DNA of 64,000 nucleotides from Escherichia coli. GTDB lineage: Bacteria; Pseudomonadota; Gammaproteobacteria; Enterobacterales; Enterobacteriaceae. The notes under the pieces were generated by a model, which ran no database searches, was not told where the DNA came from, and saw only the letters and a program-made list of their open reading frames with translations. Both the position numbers and the translations under genes were made by a program. Shown here in pieces: positions 11,288 through 19,909 of the stretch (the first letter of the stretch is position 1; the number at the start of each line of letters is the position of its first letter). The stretch lies in NCBI RefSeq assembly GCF_041886205.1, contig NZ_CP169029.1. One strand, written 5' to 3'.

Positions 11288-11314
11288 GCCCCGCTTCGGC
11301 GGGGCTTTGTTCTT
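11288..11314 (+). terminator. Hairpin plus T-run after btsT (terminator or attenuator before yjiX)
   Basis: gccccgc / ttcg / gcggggc followed by tttgttctt. Confidence 0.6.
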
Positions 11315-11327
11315 ATCAGAGTGAACT

Positions 11328-11531
11328 ATGTTTGGTAACTTAGGACAGGCAAAAAAATATCTCGGCCAGGCGGCGAAGATGTTGATTGGCATTCCAGACT
11401 ACGACAACTACGTCGAGCATATGAAGACCAACCATCCCGACAAACCGTACATGAGCTATGAAGAATTCTTCCGCGAACGCCAGAACGCGCGCTACGGCGG
11501 CGATGGTAAAGGCGGTATGCGCTGTTGTTAA
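11328..11531 (+). CDS. yjiX: Small DUF466-family protein
   Basis: 67-aa ORF between btsT and yjiA; conserved position. Confidence 0.75.
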
Positions 11532-11541
11532 TGGAGAGAGC

Positions 11542-12498
11542 ATGAACCCGATTGCAGTTACCCTACTCACCGGTTTTTTAGGCGCGGGAAAAACCACCCT
11601 GCTGCGCCATATTCTTAATGAACAACACGGCTACAAGATTGCCGTGATTGAAAACGAATTCGGCGAAATCTCCGTTGATGATCAATTGATTGGTGATCGC
11701 GCAACGCAGATCAAAACGCTGACCAACGGCTGCATCTGCTGTTCGCGCTCCAACGAGCTGGAGGACGCGCTACTCGACCTGCTGGATAATCTCGACAAGG
11801 GCAATATTCAGTTCGATCGTCTGGTCATTGAATGCACCGGCATGGCCGATCCCGGCCCGATTATTCAGACCTTTTTCTCCCATGAGATTTTATGCCAGCG
11901 CTACCTGCTGGACGGCGTGATTGCGCTGGTGGATGCGGTACATGCCGATGAGCAGATGAACCAGTTCACCATCGCCCAGTCACAGGTTGGCTACGCCGAC
12001 CGTATTCTGCTGACTAAAACCGACGTCGCAGGCGAAGCAGAAAAACTGCGTGAACGCCTGGCGCGCATCAACGCCCGTGCACCGGTCTACACCGTTACCC
12101 ACGGCGACATCGACCTGGGCCTGCTGTTCAACACCAACGGTTTTATGCTGGAAGAAAACGTCGTCAGCACCAAACCGCGTTTCCACTTTATCGCGGATAA
12201 ACAAAACGATATTTCGTCGATTGTGGTGGAACTGGATTACCCGGTAGATATCAGCGAAGTTTCCCGGGTGATGGAAAACCTGCTGCTGGAATCGGCGGAT
12301 AAACTGCTGCGTTACAAAGGGATGCTGTGGATTGACGGCGAACCTAACCGCCTGCTGTTCCAGGGCGTCCAGCGCCTCTACAGCGCCGACTGGGACAGGC
12401 CATGGGGCGATGAAAAACCGCATAGCACGATGGTGTTTATCGGGATTCAGTTGCCGGAGGATGAGATTCGGGCAGCGTTTGCGGGGTTGAGGAAGTAA
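11542..12498 (+). CDS. yjiA: CobW/G3E-family metal-binding GTPase
   Basis: 318 aa from ATG 11542; P-loop GFLGAGKTTL, CxCC metal motif (NGCICCS); stop of yjiX 10 bp upstream. Confidence 0.85.
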   Translation: MNPIAVTLLTGFLGAGKTTLLRHILNEQHGYKIAVIENEFGEISVDDQLIGDRATQIKTLTNGCICCSRSNELEDALLDLLDNLDKGNIQFDRLVIECTGMADPGPIIQTFFSHEILCQRYLLDGVIALVDAVHADEQMNQFTIAQSQVGYADRILLTKTDVAGEAEKLRERLARINARAPVYTVTHGDIDLGLLFNTNGFMLEENVVSTKPRFHFIADKQNDISSIVVELDYPVDISEVSRVMENLLLESADKLLRYKGMLWIDGEPNRLLFQGVQRLYSADWDRPWGDEKPHSTMVFIGIQLPEDEIRAAFAGLRK

Positions 12499-12832
12499 TT
12501 ACCTTAACCTACTCATACGAAGCGGACGAGGATAAAATCCTATCATTTTCCGTTCGCTTCATTATTTTATTTTCTTTCCAATGCCCATTCAAATTAAAAA
12601 TATAACTCTGCCATAACTTCCTGAACACAGATGTAATTACATTGCCACCTCTCATACTTTTAAAAACGATCCATATGACAAGTCGTCCTATTGGGGCGTG
12701 ATAGATGTATTAATTTCCAAATATGCAAACATTCTGATACAGTCCCAAAAAGAAAATAATTACCAACCCAGATAATCAGCAAATAAATTAATGACAGTTG
12801 AATTATAATCAACACGAATACAAGAGATTAAC

Positions 12833-14683
12833 ATGGCAACAATAATCCCAACAATCAGTAGCTGCAACGATAAAATTACTGCCGGAGAGAAAAGGCTGGC
12901 AAGAATTCTGGAAAGAGGACTAGGCGAAGAGTGCTGCTGTTGGTATGACATTCCCACGGGTGATAAGCATCTTCACCCAGATTTTATGATACTTTCGCCA
13001 GAAAAAGGCATTATTTTTCTCGAGGTAAAAGATTGGTTTATTACAAAAATAAAAAAAGCCAACAAGTCTAATGTGTGGTATGAGACACAAAATGGCATTC
13101 AATCTTTAAAGAATCCGATAGAACAAGTTAGGCGATATGCTTTCGAAGCTGTAAACCAGTTAAAAAAAGACCCCCTATTGCGCCAACAGGATGATCGTTA
13201 CAATGGCAATCTTCTTTTCCCCTATGGATATGGCGTCTACTTTAGTAATATTACACGAGAAGCATTAAATAATAAATTTACTCAAGAAGAGCTGCTCGGG
13301 ATCTTCCCATCAGATCTCATCATCTGCAAAGACGAACTAAATGAATTCATGTCAAAAGAGGATGTTTCATCTAAAATACATTCGTTAATTAAATATGACT
13401 TCAAATGTCATGCTACACAAGAACAGTTGAACAGGATTAGATGGCACTTATACCCCGATGTCAGAATAGAAAGGGAAAAGAGAAGTAAAAACCGTGATGA
13501 ATTGAGTGTCGATGCACCAACCATCATTTCTATCCTGGATACTCAACAGGAACAACTTGCCAGGAGTATGAGAGATGGCCACCGAATCATTCATGGTGTT
13601 GCAGGTTCAGGGAAGACATTGATCCTCTATCATCGCTGTCAGGAATTAGCGAAAAAAAATGACAGCGAAAAGCCAATACTTGTCATTTGCTACAATATTA
13701 CTTTAGCCAAAAAACTTCGGTCGATGTTCATCAATCATCCCTTTGCAGAGAAAATAAAGGTTAAAAATTTTCATGCATGGTGTTTCCAACAAATTAAAGA
13801 AAACAAGATCACCATTCCAGAAGGGGATAATATTTTTGAAAATATGGAGCAAGCGTTGACTGATGGTTTCAACACAGGAAAAATAAAACCAGAACAATAC
13901 AGCGCTGTATTAATTGATGAAGGACATGATTTTAAGCCCGAATGGTTAAAAATCCTTGCAAAAATGACTGACTCTCAGGACGAGAATTTGCTATTCCTTT
14001 ATGATGATGCTCAGTCAATTTACCAAAAAAAGAAAGCATTAGACTTTACACTGTCCAGCGTAGATATTAAAGCGACAGGGCGCACAACTATTCTTAATAT
14101 AAATTATAGAAACACACAGCAAATCCTACACTTTGCCAGTTGCATTGCATTTAATTATCTTAATAGCCATATCGATAGTTCTTTAACCTATCATAAACCT
14201 GCTGCGGGAGGAATGAATGGCGATTATCCCAACCTTGAACATTTCGACACACAGGACGAAGAAATAGCAAGAGCAGTCAAATGGATTACAGAGCAAAATG
14301 AACAAGGGATTCCGTGGTCTGAAATTGCTATACTAAGTCCATCAACTCATACCCTTTCTAACTCTCTAAGTTCTGTACTTGAATCGAAAAACATCCCCTT
14401 TAATCTTATTGTAAGCTCTGCAGATAAAAAATCCTGGACGCCAGAACAAGAGCGTGTTTCTGTGATGCCATTACCCAGCAGCAAAGGGCTTGAGTTTCAC
14501 TCAGTTGTCATTATTGACGCAGCGAGAACACGGGATAATAGCGATGATTTGAGTGAGGATATAAAGAGACTCTATGTAGGTTTTACCCGAGCACGTTGCA
14601 ATCTCTTGGTAACCTTGCACGGTGAAGGTGCGTTAAATGAGCATCTACTAAAAACCTATGAGCAAAGCCCACAATATATGTAA
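12833..14683 (+). CDS. NERD-domain nuclease fused to SF1 (UvrD-like) helicase; Nhi-like candidate anti-phage protein
   Basis: 616 aa; N-terminal NERD-like region with PD...(E)VK core (HPDFMIL ... IIFLEVKDW); Walker A GVAGSGKT, Walker B VLIDEGHDF, SF1 motif V/VI-like LPSSKGLEFHSVVII and LYVGFTRARCNLLV; AT-rich; occupies the slot that holds mrr-hsdRMS in K-12. Confidence 0.75.
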   Translation: MATIIPTISSCNDKITAGEKRLARILERGLGEECCCWYDIPTGDKHLHPDFMILSPEKGIIFLEVKDWFITKIKKANKSNVWYETQNGIQSLKNPIEQVRRYAFEAVNQLKKDPLLRQQDDRYNGNLLFPYGYGVYFSNITREALNNKFTQEELLGIFPSDLIICKDELNEFMSKEDVSSKIHSLIKYDFKCHATQEQLNRIRWHLYPDVRIEREKRSKNRDELSVDAPTIISILDTQQEQLARSMRDGHRIIHGVAGSGKTLILYHRCQELAKKNDSEKPILVICYNITLAKKLRSMFINHPFAEKIKVKNFHAWCFQQIKENKITIPEGDNIFENMEQALTDGFNTGKIKPEQYSAVLIDEGHDFKPEWLKILAKMTDSQDENLLFLYDDAQSIYQKKKALDFTLSSVDIKATGRTTILNINYRNTQQILHFASCIAFNYLNSHIDSSLTYHKPAAGGMNGDYPNLEHFDTQDEEIARAVKWITEQNEQGIPWSEIAILSPSTHTLSNSLSSVLESKNIPFNLIVSSADKKSWTPEQERVSVMPLPSSKGLEFHSVVIIDAARTRDNSDDLSEDIKRLYVGFTRARCNLLVTLHGEGALNEHLLKTYEQSPQYM

Positions 14684-14827
14684 AAATGATAAATGATCTC
14701 CATAACGCCCGGTAACGCGGTACCGGGCGAAATGAATGCATATCTAAGATATTAGTCACGCCTGATAGCCGCTACCAAAAACACCATCATCTCCCTCGCA
14801 TCTTTGCGGTGATAAAATCGTACCATT

Positions 14828-15121
14828 TTGCTGTTAAATTCCAGCGCGTTAGCCGCTGGAATTAACAAGATCAGACTTCCGGCAACGAAGAGCCAGTTAT
14901 TACAAAAATTACTGGCAAAAGAGATAAAAAGCATTGTTGACAACACATCGAAATATCCTGACTGGAGTAAACACGATGATATTAAAGCGAAACTGAAAGT
15001 TGAACTTATTCTGCTTCTACACAAGCATAAGTTCCCGTCAGTAGCGAATGATGATGTTTATATGGGTGTGCTGGCACAGGCAGAGAGTTTTAAAGAACAT
15101 CATATGAGTCCTATAAATTAA
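14828..15121 (+). pseudogene. Orphan ORF fragment without ATG start, possible relic of a displaced restriction cassette
   Basis: 97-codon frame beginning at TTG with no convincing RBS; reads like the C-terminal tail of a larger protein; located between the NERD-helicase gene and symE. Confidence 0.3.
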
Positions 15122-15299
15122 TCATGAAGGCTGGATACACTTTGTTATCCGGCCATTGTGAATTAACGTTAATTTTTCTTCCAAATCTTTCCAGTAACGC
15201 TTTTATTATTTTCTATTTTTAGCTGGACTTTCCCTGTATTTACTGATGATATGTCCAGGTATTTAGCGCGGTGCGGATGTGCGCCAACACACCCGCACC

Positions 15300-15376
15300 A
15301 CTCATCACAATCACTATTTTCAAGGAATAGCAGTTATGACTGACACGCATTTTATTGCACAACCGTTCGAAGCAGA
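15300..15376 (-). ncRNA. symR: Expected position of SymR antisense sRNA (type I antitoxin) overlapping the symE RBS and start
   Basis: Placement inferred from the known symE/symR arrangement; boundaries not determinable from sequence alone. Confidence 0.35.
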
Positions 15377-15677
15377 AGTCTCCCCGGCAAATAACCGTCA
15401 ATTAACCGTGAGTTATGCGAGCCGCTACCCGGATTACAGCCGTATTCCCGCCATCACCCTGAAAGGTCAGTGGCTGGAAGCCGCCGGTTTTGCCACCGGC
15501 ACGGCGGTAGATGTCAAAGTAATGGAAGGCTGTATTGTCCTCACCGCCCAACAACCCGCCGCCGAAGAGAGCGAACTGATGCAGTCGCTGCGCCAGGTGT
15601 GCAAACTGTCGGCGCGTAAACAAAAGCAGGTGCAGGATTTTATTGGGGTGATTGCCGGTAAACAGAAAGTCGCCTGA
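15336..15677 (+). CDS. symE: SOS-induced toxin SymE (AbrB/MazE-like fold endoribonuclease)
   Basis: 113 aa from ATG 15336 with AAGGAA SD; sequence [25 protein letters not shown] ... matches remembered SymE (YjiW). Confidence 0.8.
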   Translation: MTDTHFIAQPFEAEVSPANNRQLTVSYASRYPDYSRIPAITLKGQWLEAAGFATGTAVDVKVMEGCIVLTAQQPAAEESELMQSLRQVCKLSARKQKQVQDFIGVIAGKQKVA

Positions 15678-15684
15678 TAAATTG

Positions 15685-15716
15685 ACCCGGTAGCGCCAGT
15701 GCTACCGGGTATTATT
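15685..15716. terminator. Bidirectional hairpin between convergent symE and GmrSD-like gene
   Basis: acccggtagc / gccagt / gctaccgggt followed by attatt; lies between stop codons 15677 and 15724. Confidence 0.6.
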
Positions 15717-15723
15717 CGCCACG

Positions 15724-17817
15724 TTATACCAACGCGCTCTCCATCTGTTTTTCAAATGCCTGACGAATTAATCCCATAATGTAAGGAAGTTGTGCGAGGT
15801 CGCTGAAACCAATTTCCACATCACCATTACCCCAGCGCCCAATATTTGTCACATCTTTGGCAATACCTTTCGGATCGACCAGTTCATGAAACTGCATATT
15901 AAGCGACAATCGCAGTCGGCTTTTTTGCGGCACAACATCAACAAAATTCGTTTCAGCTTTAAACGCAATATACAGCTTTAAAACTTCCTGCGTGATCCCT
16001 GCGTCCAGGCGCATAACTTCATCGCGAAGATGATCGAATAACACCCGGCTATGCGAACCATCAGCAAGAAAAGGATAATCACTCAGGCTGTAACTGGTTT
16101 TGTTTTCTGGCTGCCCCCGATAAACAGCTAAAACCTCTTCAGAAAGAGAAGGCGCTTGCCAGACCTGAACCGCGAGATCGGCCAGACGATCGGCTCGGGC
16201 GTGAATGGCGGCTTCATCCCATTTTTCGCACTGTCCAAGACCGATATTCAAATAAAGCGGGCTATGTTTAAAGCCATCTTCAATATCGCGTTTTTCCGCG
16301 AAAGGTCTGTCACTGTAGCGGGAGTTATAGCGCGTTAAAGTGAGATTCCCCAACGTATGTAACAGTTCTTTATGCACACGCTGCCAGTCGCTTCCCAGCT
16401 CTTCACGCCATTTAGCCGACAGATTTTCGTTCTGCGGCATAATGTGCTCAATCGTAAACTCTTCCACGCGCTCTCTGCGTTTATCGTTTTCCAGTCGTCG
16501 TAACCAGTAGCTGCGGCTGCGGAAGTTATAGAGATCGCGCACTTTTAATTCCCGTTTAAATTCATCATCGTTGGGGAAACGACGATATGAAGGCAGGTTC
16601 ATAAAATGTACCTGAATACTTTCCAGATATTTTTCTTTATTAATGACCTTATAAAAAGTGGCAAACGTCTTGTTAAGAGAATTCGTCGGAATCGCACATA
16701 CTGCACGGCGGAAAACATAAGATTCAATTAAACGAATTATGCTCAGGAAATCTTCGTGAGACAAATCGTCATTTTTATAGTCATGATAAAGCGCCAGTAA
16801 GAAAGGATACGCCACATCAACCTTTAACTCGCGCAAATCCTGAAAAGCCGTAGCAAGCGATTTGTCACTTTCTTTTCCCAATGCCATTGCACAGTAATAC
16901 TCCGCGTAGATATGAATATCTTCAACCAGCCGATCTACGCCTTTTTCAGCAACACTCTGGCTGCGGGCATGGAGTTTAAATGCCTCATAGACTTCATCTG
17001 TCCGAGGGATCTCCCCCGTTTTTACCGTCAGATAATGACGCATAAAACTGTCAAAATATTCGCTGTAACCTTGCTGACCAAAGGCGACTTCCATTGGACG
17101 CCAGTGATCTTCATACAACCGGGTTTGATGCTCTGGTTCGAGACCCATCAGAATAAAATTGCGCACCAGATCGGCCTGACTTAACGCCTTACCGGTGGAG
17201 TTCATACTTTCAAAAATCAGTTGCGGATTATCCTGACCACGATTAAGCGCCACATCGACAATTAATAACTTTGCTAACCCTCGACATAAGGGAATCAAGT
17301 CATCCCCGAGTTTGGCAATTTGCTCATCAAAGAAAGTAAAGTTTTCCATTATTCGATGGGAATAGTTTTCTGGCATTGGTCTTTGTTTTATTAACGCCAG
17401 CAAACTGTCTTTATCAGTCTCGGTCAGCAGTAATTTAAAACCTTTCTCGCCGGACTCATAAGGATTGAGCAAATAATAATTACGCAATTTCATTGCCGAA
17501 AAGCCATCAAAAACTTCGTCTTCGCCAAGATGGCGCGATAAAGCCTCAATCAGCAACATTGCGGTCGTCAGCCGCTGCTGACCATCAATGACCAGCAACG
17601 GAGAAATACCAGAAACCTGATACAACCCCTGCTCAATATAAACAACCGAACCGATAAAATGCGCTGATATATCGTCACGCTTTCCGGCACGAATGATGTC
17701 GTCCCAAAGTTGCCGACATTGTTGCCCGGTCCATGAATAGGTGCGTTGATAAATGGGAATAACAAACTGCTGCGAACGTTTTAAAAAATCGAGTAGGCGG
17801 GCTTCTGTAGCTTTCAT
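15724..17817 (-). CDS. Type IV modification-dependent restriction endonuclease, GmrSD family (DUF262 + DUF1524)
   Basis: 697 aa; N-terminal DUF262/ParB-like NTPase motifs (IPIYQRTYSW, IDGQQRLTT); C-terminal DUF1524 His-Me finger motifs (EHIMPQ, HTLGNLTLT); sits where mcrBC lies in K-12. Confidence 0.75.
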   Translation of the reverse strand: MKATEARLLDFLKRSQQFVIPIYQRTYSWTGQQCRQLWDDIIRAGKRDDISAHFIGSVVYIEQGLYQVSGISPLLVIDGQQRLTTAMLLIEALSRHLGEDEVFDGFSAMKLRNYYLLNPYESGEKGFKLLLTETDKDSLLALIKQRPMPENYSHRIMENFTFFDEQIAKLGDDLIPLCRGLAKLLIVDVALNRGQDNPQLIFESMNSTGKALSQADLVRNFILMGLEPEHQTRLYEDHWRPMEVAFGQQGYSEYFDSFMRHYLTVKTGEIPRTDEVYEAFKLHARSQSVAEKGVDRLVEDIHIYAEYYCAMALGKESDKSLATAFQDLRELKVDVAYPFLLALYHDYKNDDLSHEDFLSIIRLIESYVFRRAVCAIPTNSLNKTFATFYKVINKEKYLESIQVHFMNLPSYRRFPNDDEFKRELKVRDLYNFRSRSYWLRRLENDKRRERVEEFTIEHIMPQNENLSAKWREELGSDWQRVHKELLHTLGNLTLTRYNSRYSDRPFAEKRDIEDGFKHSPLYLNIGLGQCEKWDEAAIHARADRLADLAVQVWQAPSLSEEVLAVYRGQPENKTSYSLSDYPFLADGSHSRVLFDHLRDEVMRLDAGITQEVLKLYIAFKAETNFVDVVPQKSRLRLSLNMQFHELVDPKGIAKDVTNIGRWGNGDVEIGFSDLAQLPYIMGLIRQAFEKQMESALV

Positions 17818-18254
17818 TCTGACGTCTTTCCGTGAAGCGATGATTTCGCAATAATAACCGCTTCCTTGTGGAGGTTATAGAGAAATCCTGTTTATCCGCG
17901 ATGAATTGCCCCCTCACTCCACATCCTCCCTACGTAACCCAATATCCCTCAACCGCTCATCACTCATCTGCTGTAACACTCGTCGGGTCTGCATTTGCCG
18001 CCGCCAACGCCTCACCGCCTGCCAGAGTTGCACAAGTCTGATAAACGGCGTTTTGGCTTTGTTTTCGTGAAATTCCATCTGCTGCCTCCTCATCTTTCAG
18101 AGGCTTCATCATCCGCCTTCTGGCAGTTCACAATACAGATGCAAATATTAGTTTTATTTAACATACAGACAGGTTAAAACAGCATCTGCATCCGGTTTTT
18201 TAGCCTCATCTGTACCGGTTTTTCTTTCTGTATGGGCCAAATAAGGAATACAGC

Positions 18255-19667
18255 ATGACGCGTTATCAACATCTGGCGACTCTACTTGCCGAGCGGATTG
18301 AGCAAGGGCTGTATCGTCACGGGGAGAAATTGCCGTCGGTGCGCAGCTTAAGTCAGGAGCACGGCGTCAGCATCAGCACCGTGCAACAGGCGTATCAGAC
18401 GCTGGAAACGATGAGGCTCATCACTCCGCAGCCGCGTTCGGGTTATTTTGTCGCACAACGTAAAGCCCAGCCGCCTGTACCGCCGATGACGCGTCCGGTG
18501 CAGCGCCCGGTGGAAATTACCCAGTGGGATCAGGTGCTGGATATGCTGGAGGCGCATAGCGACAGTTCCATTGTTCCGTTAAGCAAAAGCACGCCGGATG
18601 TCGAAACGCCCAGCCTGAAACCGCTGTGGCGGGAGCTAAGCCGGGTGGTGCAGCATAATCTACAAACCGTTCTCGGTTATGACTTGTTAGCCGGTCAGCG
18701 AGTGTTGCGAGAGCAGATTGCCCGCCTGATGCTCGACAGCGGCTCGGTGGTCACCGCCGATGACATCATCATCACCAGCGGCTGCCATAACTCGATGTCG
18801 CTGGCGTTAATGGCGGTGTGTAAACCGGGCGATATTGTCGCGGTCGAATCCCCCTGTTATTACGGTTCGATGCAGATGCTGCGCGGCATGGGCGTGAAAG
18901 TGATTGAAATCCCAACCGATCCAGAAACTGGCATCAGCGTCGAAGCGCTGGAACTGGCGCTGGAACAGTGGCCGATTAAAGGCATCATTCTGGTGCCAAA
19001 CTGTAATAATCCGCTGGGATTTATTATGCCGGACGCACGCAAACGGGCCGTTCTCTCTCTCGCTCAGCGTCATGATATTGTGATTTTTGAAGATGATGTC
19101 TACGGCGAACTGGCAACGGAGTATCCGCGCCCGCGGACCATCCATTCATGGGATATCGACGGGCGAGTGTTGTTGTGCAGCTCGTTCAGTAAAAGTATTG
19201 CTCCAGGCCTGCGCGTGGGTTGGGTCGCACCGGGGCGTTATCACGATAAACTGCTGCATATGAAATACGCCATCAGCAGCTTTAATGTGCCGTCCACGCA
19301 AATGGCGGCGGCAACGTTTGTGCTGGAAGGTCACTATCATCGCCATATCCGGCGGATGCGGCAGACTTATCAGCGCAATCTGGCGCTTTATACCTGCTGG
19401 ATACGGGAATATTTTCCCTGCGAAATCTGTATTACGCGCCCGAAAGGCGGATTTTTACTGTGGATCGAATTGCCTGAACAGGTCGATATGGTTTGCGTTG
19501 CGCGGCAGCTGTGCCGCATGAAAATCCAGGTGGCGGCAGGCTCGATTTTCTCGGCTTCCGGCAAATATCGTAATTGTCTGCGCATCAACTGCGCTTTGCC
19601 GCTCAGCGAAACCTATCGCGAAGCACTGAAGCAAATTGGCGAAGCCGTGTATCGGGCAATGGAATGA
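18255..19667 (+). CDS. yjiR: MocR-type GntR-family regulator with PLP aminotransferase-like domain
   Basis: 470 aa; N-terminal GntR wHTH (SVRSLSQEHGVSISTVQQAYQTLE) fused to class I/II aminotransferase-fold domain. Confidence 0.8.
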   Translation: MTRYQHLATLLAERIEQGLYRHGEKLPSVRSLSQEHGVSISTVQQAYQTLETMRLITPQPRSGYFVAQRKAQPPVPPMTRPVQRPVEITQWDQVLDMLEAHSDSSIVPLSKSTPDVETPSLKPLWRELSRVVQHNLQTVLGYDLLAGQRVLREQIARLMLDSGSVVTADDIIITSGCHNSMSLALMAVCKPGDIVAVESPCYYGSMQMLRGMGVKVIEIPTDPETGISVEALELALEQWPIKGIILVPNCNNPLGFIMPDARKRAVLSLAQRHDIVIFEDDVYGELATEYPRPRTIHSWDIDGRVLLCSSFSKSIAPGLRVGWVAPGRYHDKLLHMKYAISSFNVPSTQMAAATFVLEGHYHRHIRRMRQTYQRNLALYTCWIREYFPCEICITRPKGGFLLWIELPEQVDMVCVARQLCRMKIQVAAGSIFSASGKYRNCLRINCALPLSETYREALKQIGEAVYRAME

Positions 19668-19744
19668 ATTCGAAATAGTGGCGAAGCACCTGATTTACTC
19701 TCAAGAATCGCCTGTAACTCGTTTTATCTTTATAGCGACATCGC

Positions 19745-19905
19745 CACGTTCCGGCATGGCTTAGGCAAAGTGCGCTTTGTTCATGCCGGATGCCATGTGA
19801 ACGCCTTACCAGGTCTACAAAATCTTTAAAGTTCAATATATTTAATGGGTTATGTAGACCTGATAAGCGTAGCGCATCAGGCTGCTTTGCGTTTGTCATC
19901 AGTCT
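19745..19905. repeat. REP/BIME elements
   Basis: REP-like units gccggatgccatgtgaacgccttaccaggtctaca and gtagacctgataagcgtagcgcatcaggc. Confidence 0.7.
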
Positions 19906-19909
19906 CTGA

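Noticed and set aside
15279-15335. Upstream extension of symE to 132 aa as given in the ORF track
   Set aside because: Extension lacks an RBS and begins in promoter DNA; the ATG at 15336 is preceded by AAGGAA and gives the expected 113-aa SymE
12499-18254. Searched for mrr, hsdR, hsdM, hsdS, mcrB and mcrC homologues
   Set aside because: No ORF with N6-adenine methyltransferase motifs, HsdS duplicated target-recognition domains, McrB GTPase motifs or Mrr-like architecture is present; only the NERD-helicase, a fragment, symE and the GmrSD-like gene occupy the interval
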